Part shown: piece by piece, positions 52,560-63,454 of the stretch
Layout of the letters: each line of letters opens with the position of its first letter
How positions within the stretch are numbered: position 1 is the first letter of the stretch
Assembly (NCBI GenBank): GCA_030390025.1
Contig: CM059433.1
Coordinates: 20,958,001 to 21,022,000, forward strand
DNA length: 64,000 nt
Origin: Squalus acanthias
Lineage: Eukaryota
Direction: 5' to 3'
Translations under genes and position numbers: made by a program
Notes under the pieces: model-generated
Database searches by the model: none
What the model was told of the DNA's origin: nothing
Seen by the model: only the letters and a program-made list of their open reading frames with translations

Positions 52560-53611
52560 TTACAGCTTGGGATGTGGAAAGTTGCTGAGCTTCCATTCAG
52601 GATACTTTAGATGGCCATGTTTGATGACCTAGAGCAGCTCTGGGCCTTGAGGCATCAGTTGCAGACTGCAGCATCTTGGTGTGAGCCAGGGCAGTCTGGC
52701 CCAATTGGCTTTGAGGCCTCAACAAGGGCACTGGCGGAGTGGATGGCGAAGGAGCAGGCATACTGCCAACCTGAGAGGACAGCAGCAGGTGCCACGCCCA
52801 TGAACCAAGGTCACTTTCCTGGGACTGCGCCTCAGCACTCCCCAGCTCTGTGCTAGAACAGAGTGTGAGAGTGATGTGACGCTCATGAAGACCCTGTCAG
52901 CACTGGCCCCTAAAACCAAGATAACAGTCTCTGAGCTTCCGTGGCAGAAATGTTACCCGACGAAGGAGTAGTAACTCCGAAAGCTTGTGATTTCAAATAA
53001 AACTGTTGGACTATAACCTGGTGTTGTGCGACCTCTCAATTTTGTCCACCCCAGTCCAACACCGGCATCTCCGTATCGCGAAATGTTACGTGCCATGGAA
53101 GCTGACAGTAGAAACCCAATCATAGTGGGCGTCACTGTTGTGTTAATAGAGCTGACCACTTGGTCTATGTTGCACAGAATGGTCTCCATGCTCTGTACAA
53201 AGCCTTGACACAAGTTGGAGATGAACTCCTCCATGTTCTGAGCCATTGTGCTGAATCTCGCTGGCAGGCTGCCCAGTTCACTGAGCATTTCATAGTATAT
53301 GTCCATCAGCCTTCTTCGGTAGCCTGGGCCCTTCAAGTCTAAATTTGAGTCCTCTGCAGCAAAGCGAGTATGGGATCTCGCCCTCTGGTGAGCTGGCACC
53401 TGTGGCAACCTATTCCCCTGCCCTAGCTCCTGCACATTTTGCCCAGTGATTTACCAGATGAAGACCCCCACCTCTCGCCTGGCCTCTAAAGTGTGTGTGG
53501 TGCCAGTACCTGAGCTGGTGCTTTCCAGGGTTGGATCGAGTTATACTGCATCTTCCCAGAGGCTGGCCTGCTCTTCCTGAAATGGCAGAGGTATCTCCAG
53601 ACTTTCAGCAC
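52560..53611 (-). pseudogene. Probable downstream exon of the Harbinger second (Myb-like) gene, decayed
   Basis: Convergent to the transposase fragment. It has an acceptor CTTTCATTTCAG at 53612-53623 (minus strand) and a helical segment MLSELGSLPARFSTMAQNMEEFISNLCQGF. The assignment is inferential. Confidence 0.4.
52957..53079 (+). mobile_element. Penelope-like family A short copy with mutated hammerhead
   Basis: 10-bp TSD GAAATGTTAC (52947-52956 / 53080-53089). The motif is CCGACGA-A-GGAGT(AGTA)ACTCC-GAAAGCTT. Confidence 0.8.
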
Positions 53612-54519
53612 CTGAAATGAAAGAGGGACAAGGGTCAGCTTTTAGTATGATAGGGGAGCAAAGAGAGAACTGGCAGGTGAAAGCATCTGGAGTTTGTCAT
53701 GCAGGGTGCTCTGGTATTATTGAGGAGGAGAAACCTGGGACTTGGCAGAAGTGGGGAGGGGGTGGAACGTAGGGTTTGGTTCACTGGAGGATTATTGGTG
53801 TCTGTCAGCACTGAGGGGAAGGCGAGGGCATGGGTCTGACAGCACGGAGGGCGGGTAGGTTCCCGGATCTGTCAGACCTTAAAGGGGAGCTTACTTACAA
53901 GGTCTAGTAAATTGCTTCGAGTGACAAAAGGAAATTGAAATAGGGAAATCCAAAGAGAAGTTAACAAATAGTTGCAAAGAGAGAGAAACTTATGACTCAG
54001 GGAGATATTGAGAAGAAGAGCGAGGAAATGAAAGTTGAAAAAAACTACCTGAGTCTGCCAGGCAGGCATTTAATTATTTGTGCATTGCTATTACCTTAGA
54101 ATTGAAATCGGTGGAAATGGATTTTATGCTGGTGGTAACGTCCTATCAGCATCCAACGCAAAATGTAGCCCTCTTACAATGTTAAGAAGCTTTTCCTTAA
54201 GTCAGACATCATTTGACTCCATGAATACCCCAATAAATGGTAACACTTAGTCCGTTTTCCACAGAAAACCTGTTTTAACAAATGCAGATTGTGCATTTTA
54301 GATTTGACTGCTCCAGAAAGAGAGCCTGCCTGACAATTACCTCACACTATGATAATGCTCCTTAAATGCTTGTTGGAAAGAAGAAAATAAGTGAGTTATT
54401 TTGTTGCAAGATTTTGATGCTCCATACTGGTGCTTTGGCCTCCAGTGTGTGAATCACACAAATGTTTAAAGTCTGCCAAGGCCCTCAGGACAACCTAATA
54501 TTTGATTAACTTGGTTGAT

Positions 54520-54870
54520 AACAGCCTCTCAGATTTAGATGCAAGTGTGTTCAAATCCCACAATGGCAGTTTGAGAATTTGAATTCATTTTGTAAAATCT
54601 GGAAATAAAACCCTAGCATCAGTAAAAATGACCATAAGGCTATCGGATTGTCATAAAAACTCAACTGGCTCACTAATGTCCTTTAGGGAAGGAAACCTGC
54701 CGTCCTTACCCAGTTTGGCCTATATGTGACTCCAATCCCACGCCAATGTGGTTGACTCTTAATTGCCCTCTCAAGTGCCCCCGCAAGCCATTCAGTTCTC
54801 AGGGCAACTAGGGATGGGCAATAAATGTGGGCCTTGCCAGCGATGCCCACATTACGAGAATAAAGAAAAA
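54520..54870 (+). mobile_element. tRNA-derived SINE sharing its 3' tail with LINE family B
   Basis: B box GTTCAAATCC near 54550. The tail AGGGCAACTAGGGATGGGCAATAAATG..GGCCTTGCCAGCGATGCCCACAT matches the LINE-B 3' end. Confidence 0.8.
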
Positions 54871-55267
54871 GCACGCTATTTGACTTGAGCTGAATGGAAA
54901 AAGGAAAAGGGTGCAGTTGGAAAATTAAATCAACTTGAGTGAGACTAAGGCTGGAATTTTCCGGAGTGGTAGCGGGCGCGATTGTTGGCGGGTCGGATGG
55001 GAAAGTTGTTATTTTTGACAGTGGGTCGGGAACCCGCTGTCATCCTGCCCCCATGTGCCTTTCCCCCAGGCGCGTCTGTCATCGCGGAGCGAACCCGACC
55101 GGCAGTGGCGGGCGACCCAATTGAAATCATTAGCAGGTAGTTTACAGGAACTTAAGAGCCTTTTTCTCACTTGCTTTTTAAATTTCCCTGCATGGCCAGG
55201 GGATTCACGCTGCTCGGGAAGCACGTCTGTCAACCTGAGGTGGGAGTGCCGTGGCCATTTTTAAAAA

Positions 55268-56058
55268 TATTCGTTCATGGGATGTGGGCGTCGCTGGCAA
55301 GGCCAGCATTTCTTGCCCATCCCTAGTTACCCTTGAGAAGGTGGTTGTGAGCCGCCTTCTTGAACCACTGCAGTCCGTGTGGTGAAGGTACTCCCACAGT
55401 GCTGTTAGGGAGGGAATTCCAGAATTTTGACCCAGCGACCATGAAGGAACGGCGATATACTTTCAAGTCAGGATGGTGTGTGACTTGGAGGTGAACTTGG
55501 AGGGGGTGGTGTTCCCACACACCTGCTGCCCTTGTCCTTCCAGGTGGTAGAGGTCGCAGGTTTGGGAGGTACTGCCAAAGAAGCCTTGGCGAGTTGCTGC
55601 AGTGCATCTTGTAGATGGTACACACTGCAGCCACGGTACGCTGGTGGTGGAGGGAGTGAATGTTTAAGGTGGTGGATGGGATGCCAATCAAGCGGGCTGC
55701 TTTATCCTGGATGGTGTTGAGCTTCTTGAGTGTTGTTGCAGCTGCACTCATCCAGACAAGTAGAGAGTATTCCATCACACTCCTGACTTGTGCCTTGTAG
55801 ATGGTAGAAAGTCAGGAGGTGAGACACTCGCCACAGAATACCCAGCCTCTGACCTGCTCTTGTTGCCACAGTATTTATGTGGCTGGTCCAGTTAAGTTTC
55901 TGGTCAATGGTGACCACCAGGATATTGATGGTGGGGGATTCGGCGATGGTAATGCCATTGAATGTCAAGGGGCAGTGGTTAGACGCTCACTTGTTGGAAA
56001 TAGTAATTGCCTGGCACTTGTGTGGCACGAATGTTACCTGCCACTTATCAGCCTAAGC
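55268..56058 (-). mobile_element. LINE family B 3' fragment nested in the Harbinger element
   Basis: KLNWTSHINTVATRAGQRLGIL and MEYSLLVWMSAA, plus the family B tail. Confidence 0.9.
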
Positions 56059-56999
56059 CTGATAAGTGGCAGGTAACATTGCTCCAATTGATTACACATC
56101 AAATGTATAGTAAAAGCTCCCACCTGACAGATAATCACTTTCCTCAGGCAGAATCTGTTGTTTCCAGCAAGTGTTTCCAGCAAAGTCTCCATTCAGTCTC
56201 ACTTCATTGGAAGAACTCTCTCACCATTGACAGAATGCTTCTGTCATCTCTACTTCACCTGCCATCTATTCCATCAACATGGGTGCCCTTTATACTGTCT
56301 CACCTTGGTCCTCAAAATCCCACCATGATTAGCCCCAACACCAGCATCACCAGGCACACCAGCAGCACCAACAACAACACCAACCTTCTCCGCAATCACC
56401 TGATGCTGAACAGGACGCAGGGCATCAGCACCTGAGCACATTGCTGCCCGGGAGGACAGGGATGGCCTCACCATGGCCAGATTTAGTTAACCTCACGCTG
56501 TACACCCATATGGCTGCCACATGATGCGCCAGGTTGGCACCACCCCACACCAACACCATAAAGCATCCCTACAATGACCAAGCCATTCCTTTCCCACTCA
56601 TCATCATTACGGGGGGTACCGTTATGTCTCACCATTCACTGCAACTCACTAAGCCACTTCCAAAGGTGCACACAAATCTGTCCAAGACGAGAAAGTGTTG
56701 AAAATAAAGATTTTTATGTTTGACACCACATTAACAGAAACTTTACATAAACATTGGATTGTACACCCAAGTGGCTACCCTTATGTGTTGTTAGTTGGTA
56801 TGATTGCACTAGGATGAGGGTGAGTGTGAGGGGTGGCTAGTGAGATGGGGAAGTGATAATGTAGATAGAGAGGGATGGGTGGAGGTGCGAGGTAAGATGG
56901 TGTGAGTAAGGATGTGCGGGAGTAGGGTAGGGAAGGCAGAGTGATGGGGATGTGATGAGAGGCACAGCAGGATGCAGTTGAGTGTGGCTTTGTACTAAC

Positions 57000-57235
57000 G
57001 TTTCCTGATCTAATGAGATAATTGAAACGTTAGCGGCACTGCGTCCAGGTGCTCCTGACCACATCCCTGCTTGTGACCTCCTCTGCAATCTGCAACCAGC
57101 TGTCTTAGTTTCCTGGGGAGGTCTCTTCCGCCCATCAGAAGGGAAGAGGACCTCCCTGCGTGCTCTGACTTCCTCCATAAGCATATGGAGAGAGTCATCG
57201 GAGAACCTGGGTGCAGCCCTGTGCCTCTGTGCAGA
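57000..57235 (-). pseudogene. Harbinger Myb/SANT-like DNA-binding protein N-terminus (NAIF1-like), frameshifted
   Basis: RAAPRFSDDSLHMLMEEVRARREVLFPSDGRKRPPQETKTA, then after a frameshift LQIAEEVTSRDVVRSTWTQCR*RFNYLIRSGK. Confidence 0.8.
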
Positions 57236-58589
57236 AATTGTCAGTGTTTGCAGCACTCCAATGCTGTAGTGCACTGACAGCACTATGTTAGATAAAACCT
57301 CAAATGTAATGTGGCCATGGTCCCTTTAAAGATCCTGGCTGAAAACACGTCATCGTTGACGTCACCAGACCCGCTCCATCTCATTGGGCCGGGTAACGCA
57401 CTTAATAGGCTCCCATTAAGGTAAGTTCATTTTCAACAGCGGGATGGAGCCAACAGTGGGGTCACGACCCCCCACGGACACCGCCCGTACTGGACCCACC
57501 CAGGTAGGCAAAATTCCAGCTTGAGAATCAGACAAAATTCTTTTTTCTTTAGAGTAAGAGACATGTGGAACGGAGTCAGAGCAAAAGCAATTCATATATG
57601 CTTTGCTAATTCTTTTGAAGAAGACCTGGATAAATATTTTGTTTTCGACAGGTTGAGGGATATGCATAGACTTAAATGGCTATATGTTCAATGAGTCATT
57701 ATGGTTCTTGCTTTCTGGGGCTGGGAGGAGAGGTTTTCTCTACTATGGAGGGCAACCAGGAGAGAGGCTAGAATAAAGCATGCCTATTTTCTGGTTTAAA
57801 AATGTCAACAGTGACTATGCCCTACTATAATCCACAAGGGTTGAGTTAAGTACTGGTGGCACATCTCAGGCCTCGCTTGCTGCATTCACACTGTTCCAGC
57901 CACCTTTTAAGCAAGGTGAAGCCAAATGAATATATAGTTGCAAATTAAAATGAGGGGGTGGGATGAGAAGAATATATCGCCAAGTGTTTCTAGTGGGAAA
58001 ATACATTTGTGTGATGAAATCCTCAAAAACTGGATCTCTGTACGAATGCTCAAGAAATCAAACCCAACCAAAGGTATTTACAGAAACTAGAACAATTAGG
58101 TCTCCGAAACATTTGGAAAATTCAAATCTTGGATTTCTGAAATTAACACATATAGTGAAGATTAAAGATTCCAGCAGGAATGTGACATATTTGAGATACT
58201 TTGCAGGCCATTCTTGTACTACTGAGGTCCTGGGTTCAGATCCCAGTGGTGCTCCCTGATCAAACTTACATGTACAAAGGATATGGTCTTATTCTCAAGT
58301 GCATAGCTGCAAATAAAATTGGCAACCGCGCTGTCTCAAACCTAACGATATGCCTTCTACTTGTTAATGAATGGCATTGACAATGAGGTAGGGAGGAATG
58401 GAAGATTTTATCTAGTTTCACATTCAGTGATAGCATCACACACTTTGGGTCAGGTATAATGCAAGTTGGATGCAGAGCAAAGCTCCCACTAATCCACAGT
58501 ATTTCTTCATACAATCTTCAAAAAGCACCTTCTACTACAGCCTCAGCATCAACAGTGTGAGAATTCAGTTTCATATATCGGCTGTTCTT

Positions 58590-58822
58590 ATAACGCTCCT
58601 GTGAAGTGCCTTGGGACCAATGCTCCCGTTAAGCTGCGTGGCCGTCCGACCGCACCGCGGTCTGGAGCTCCCACGCAGCCAGCTCACAGGCTTTTAAATG
58701 GAAAAACCGCACGTGTGGATTTTGAATGGGCCGCGCAGCCCGTTAAAGGGGACGCATGGCCCCCCCCAAAAAATTGCTTGGGAAACACGCTATATAAATA
58801 CAAGTTGTTGTTGTTGTTGTTG
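58590..58822 (+). mobile_element. L2 tail with an internal GC-rich insertion (58618-58788; possibly a hAT-type MITE)
   Basis: GCTCCTGTGAAGTGCCTTGGGAC|CAATGCTCCCGTTAAGCTGCG...GGGAAACAC|GCTATATAAATACAAG(TTG)n. Confidence 0.55.
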
Positions 58823-59899
58823 TACTTGTGACCTGTCTGAGTGAGATTACCAACTAGTGCAGAACCATGGATTGTATTTGCCCACGGACTCACACACATT
58901 GGGCACCAAGATGGCACTGTCCAAGCTCAGTTTACATCAGACCCTTAAATCCAAAGGCGAGAGGAGACTTTGGCTCCATCAGTTTTGGTTTGAAATAACC
59001 GCAAATTCTGTAACCAGGGTCACGGATTGAAGCTTAGAAGGAGCAACATCAGCTATTTTGATTTAAATACTTCACACGTAGGGAAATGACTGCGTGGAGC
59101 AGATTGCCCAGGGTGACATTAGAAGTAAATGGTGTGAACAAATTCAAGTTAGAGCTGGATAGCTTTTTATGGAAAAAGAAGTAATTGGAGGGTATAAGAT
59201 TAAAGCATGATTCTTTCTTTTTTTTTAATTTTGGGACTGAGCAAATGCACCATTTGTACCCTGTACGTACATATGGGTTGAATATGAAGTCTGGTTTCAG
59301 TGGTGAAAAGTTAATGTGTCCTACTTTATCATCTAGTCCCTTTTAACAATAATGGGATTTAGTCCCCAATTATACAGCACATTTTGCATTGATCTGCACC
59401 ACTTTTCATGCTACACTGCAATTATATGTGCAATATAGCATTGCTGATTTCAGACAAATATGGACTTTACTGTCAGCAGCAAGCGATGCCGCACCATTAA
59501 TTCTGCACACCAGCTACATTATAACTGCAGCTAGTGTTCCGCTGACTTTTCTAAACTTAAGAGTAAAAAGAACTCAGGAAGTCCAACATATCCTCTCAGC
59601 TTTTTCAATATTTTTCCAATTGTTTTCTTCTATTTGCTCCTGAGATTCTGTCCTCCACTCCTCGCATGAGCCTTGAGAATAACTGTTGGCAGGCTCTTCA
59701 AACACAGCGGGATCCAATTCTGTCCTCAACTGTCATCAGCATCTGCAGACAACCAGAAAGGGGGCTGCTGGAGAGCAGTCGAGGGCACGGAGGTCAGTTT
59801 AATCATCTCATACTATCATCCTATTTAAGTTCAGCTAACACAGCGCAGATTGGAGATTGAACCAGGGACCTTTCTGAACTGTACAGCTCAGCCACTAAG

Positions 59900-60593
59900 C
59901 CTAAAACCTTCTTTGCAATGATTTGGAAGGTGCATCAACATTCATCCACAGAGCGCTGCTTCCTCCTGCTCGACAGCCCTGTGAGCGGGCGGTACAGCTG
60001 TGGCATCCTTCTGAAACTGAAGCTATATTACATGACTTAGTTGATCTTCTGTGGCGCAACACAAAGGGAGTCAAGAATCAAAACAAGCGCAAATGCAGGC
60101 TCATCAGTCGGTAGAAATATAGTGGGCTGCTGCCATCTGCCACGGCGCCTCACTCTTACAGCCTCTTGCCTCTTCTGCTCCTCTTCCCCTCCCATTATTG
60201 TGCAGAACAGGGCTAGGCCCAGTGGGAAGGCCACTCCAACTGCTTAATCCTTCTGACTGCGTTGGGGAGTGGTTGCAAACAATTTGCGGGTACACTTTGG
60301 TGACATATTGTGCGGGTCTCAGTAAGAAAAATATTTTTAAATATTGCAAGGATGATTGCCATCAAACTCCAGAGATCTCAGTTACGCCGATATCAGGCGA
60401 CGCCGGGCAGCGCGGAGGCGGGGCTATGTAAATGAGCGGCACAGGGTTCCGGCAATTCCGGAAATTCACGCGTAACGTTGTTTCAGCATAAAGCCGATGT
60501 AAATCGGTTATGCACAAACTTCCTTGGCAAAACACAATGCACTGCACTCTAACGCCATACTTATGCTGAAAATTTCTAGAAAAATCGGGACCA
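59900..60593 (-). mobile_element. Possible decayed Harbinger derivative
   Basis: Right end GAAAAATCGGGACC and a CpG-rich subterminal region. The minus-strand sequence at 60130-60240 resembles the start of the 52206 transposase. The left boundary is unclear. Confidence 0.35.
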
Positions 60594-60698
60594 TAGTTTG
60601 AGTTGAACACTCTTTGGAATTTGATGGATCAGACTTATTTTACAATGGCTGGTCTGTTCTCTCTTTCTTATAATGGTCGTAGCCAATTCCAAGGGGGA

Positions 60699-61622
60699 CA
60701 ACAACAACAACAACTTGTAATTATATAGCGCCTTTAACGTAGTAAAAGGTCCCAAGGCGCTTCACAGGAGAATTATAATACAAAAAATTTGACACAGATC
60801 CACATCGGGATAAATTAGGGCAGGTGACCAAAAGCTTGGTCAAAGAGGTAGGTTTTAAGGAGCGTCTTAAAGGACGAAAGAGAGGTAGCGAGGCGGAGAA
60901 GTTTAGGCAGGGAATTCCAGAGCTTAGGGCCTTGGCAACAGAAGGCACGGCCACCAATGGTTGAGCGATTATAATCAGGGATGCTCAAGAGGGCAGAATT
61001 AGAGGAGCGCAGATATCTCAGGGTGCGGGGGGGGGGGATTTGTGGGGCTGAAGGAGATTACAGAGATAGGGAGGGGCGAGGCCATAGAGGGATTTGAAAA
61101 CAAGGATGATAATTTTGAAATCGAGGCGCTGCTTAACCGGGAGCCAATGTAGGTCAGCGAGCACAGGGGTGATGGGCGAATGGGACTTGGTGCGAGTTTG
61201 GACATGGACAGCCGAGGTTTGGATAATCGCAAGTTTACGTAGGGTAGAATGTGGGAGGCCAGCCAGGAGTGCATTGGAATAGTCAAGTCTAGAGGTAACA
61301 AAGGCATGGATGAGGGTTTCAGCAGTGGATGAGCTGAGGCAAGGGCGGAGATGGGCGATGTTACGGAGGTGGAAATAGGCGGTCTTTGGTATGCTGCGGA
61401 TATGTGGTCGGAAGCTCATTTCAGGGTCAAATATGACACCAAGATTGCGAACAGTGTGGTTCAGCCTCAGACAGAAGTTAGGGAGAGGGATGGAGTCAGT
61501 GGCTAGGGAACAGAGTTTGTGGCGGGGACCGAAAACAATGGCTTCGGTCTTCCCAATATTTAATTGGAGAAAATTTCTGCTCATCCAGAACTGTATGTCG
61601 GACAAGCAGTCTGACAATTTAG
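60699..61622 (-). mobile_element. L2 LINE 3' portion
   Basis: ORF 61018-61629 contains LQLNIGKTEAIVFG, LIHAFVTSRLDYSNALL and LADLHWLPV. The tail is (AAC)n. Confidence 0.93.
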
Positions 61623-62847
61623 GGACCACTTACAGTGGGCAGGATCACATCATAGATTGCTATTTAAGCTGTACCAGTGATCTTGACTGCTTCTCCAAGT
61701 GAGCAGGAGGAATGTGAGAGGGTGAATCTTTGCAGAAATGCATACCAGCAGATAGCCAGCCACACGAGCTGTCAGTTACTTAAATCCATTGTGTCCTCAT
61801 CAGTGCTTGCCAAAGCAAATCGGTGGGAGATTGATACTTCTTGCATTTCTCAGAGATCGTTCTTAAGTCTCTGTGAAAAGTTCTGCCAAATGTGCTGCTG
61901 CATAATGTTTCCCACACTCACAGGGACTGATTGGAGTTGTTCAAGAGGGAGAAGGATTGAGCAATTTATGATAAATTTGTAGCACAAACCTTGAAAGCCG
62001 TAAAAAGCCAGCACACAATGGAGGGGAATTTAGCTATGCAGCTCAAACTTAAAAAAGAATTATTTTTTTCAGAGTCATCTATTGCTGACTGACATTAATG
62101 TAAGCAAATAATACAGAATGCACTGGATATACTGCGATTGGCATAAGATTGCAGTGGAGGGAGGGTTTACTATACTCACTGCATCAAATTATCTATGGTC
62201 AGCCTGGAGTTTTGGGTAAAATAAATTCAGCGTGGATTTGAATTTCCATGCTTCTCAGAGATGACATAGGCCTCAATTTTAACCTCAACCCTTTCACCTC
62301 GCCCCCCCGCCCCTGCCCCCAACAGGCAGGAAAGGGTCGGGTGAGGGTTTAAAACTTAAAAAATCGAGATCCCGTCTCCAACCCGCCATGTTGTCGGCAG
62401 CCATAATATTTACGGCGGCAATTGAGGCCCTGGACGAGACTCCCGCTAAAAGCAGGCGGGGACCTACTTACAATTCAAAAGTCACGGTCTGATGATGTAA
62501 TCAGCGCCACAACGTCGTCTTAAGTACAAAAATGAGAAGTCGCACAACACCAGGTTATAGTCCAACAGATTTATTTAAAATTACAAGCTTTCGGAGCTGT
62601 CGCCCCTTCCTCAGGTAGAGTAGCTGTGAGAGAATCTCCCAGAATTCACAATATAAACACAGAAAAATGTATTCAAATCTTTCCCTACATCAAAGACACA
62701 CTAAGAGCACAGCCAAGATAATGAGATGTGTCCCAGGGGGTCCAACGTGTCAAAACACCTGCTGGCTGCATATCCTCTGCAGTTGACTTTGGTTCTTGTG
62801 TTAGTTTTTTTTTTAAAAAGGCTGGAAAGACCGGCCATGATGTCAAG

Positions 62848-62940
62848 TCACGTTCTGTATCGTGACATGAACCCGATATCGCGATTGAGGCCATCCTCAT
62901 GAGTGCGGAACTTGGCTATCAGTTTCTGCTCTATGATTTT
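62848..62940 (-). pseudogene. C-terminus of the Penelope GIY-YIG endonuclease domain
   Basis: Manual translation gives KIIEQKLIAKFRTHEDGLNRDIGFMSRYRT* (E..I....T...GLN motif). Confidence 0.8.
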
Positions 62941-63026
62941 AGTGTGTCTTTGATGTAGGGAAAGATTTGAATACATTTTTTCTGTGTTTATATTGTGAAT
63001 TCTGGGAGATTCTCTCACAGCTACTC

Positions 63027-63062
63027 TACCTGAGGAAGGGGCGACAGCTCCGAAAGCTTGTA
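63027..63062 (+). ncRNA. Minimal hammerhead ribozyme motif (mirror copy at 62582-62617, minus strand)
   Basis: TAC-CTGAGGA-A-GGGGC(GACA)GCTCC-GAAAGCTT-GTA. Confidence 0.72.
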
Positions 63063-63454
63063 ATTTTAAATAAATCTGTTGGACTATAACCTGGTGTTGT
63101 GCGACTTCTCATTTTTGTCCACCCCAGTCCAACGCCGGCATCTCCACATCATGACGTCTTAAGTACACGCAGGGGAAGTCCTGCGCTGTCTGCTGCCCGG
63201 CAGAAACATTGACGGAGGAGCCAGCTGGACAGAAGAAGCCCAGGTAAGTTTTAAAACTTTCCCTCTCTTTGAACTCCTCATGAGCCAGGAGGACCAGGAG
63301 TGCTGCCCCCAGCCCCGCAAGGAGTCCTTGGGCCTCCCCAGCCTTTGGCATCCCTCCGATCTTCGGGAATCCCAAGCCCTGGTATTCCCACAATCACAAT
63401 ATGAAAAGGCAAACCACAGTCTTCCCCACAATCCGCAAAGGGAATCACTTTGCT

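Larger units (their letters stand above)
54949..57521. mobile_element. Internally deleted PIF/Harbinger DNA transposon
   Basis: TIRs GGCTGGAATTTT / AAAATTCCAGCT, with flanks TAA/TGA. It contains a Myb/SANT gene remnant (minus strand) and probable fused transposase ends at 56279-56490 (plus strand). Confidence 0.75.
62529..63154 (-). mobile_element. Penelope-like element, family A, with inverted pLTR
   Basis: 13-bp TSD CGTCTTAAGTACA. The ~178-bp inverted arms (62526-62704 / 62939-63118) each carry a hammerhead motif. The spacer encodes a GIY-YIG-type C-terminus. Confidence 0.88.
62269..63375. mobile_element. Partial MITE hosting the Penelope-like insertion
   Basis: Left end GGCCTCAATTTTAACC. 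The element continues after the TSD at 63167 and is related to 48395-48903. Confidence 0.55.
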
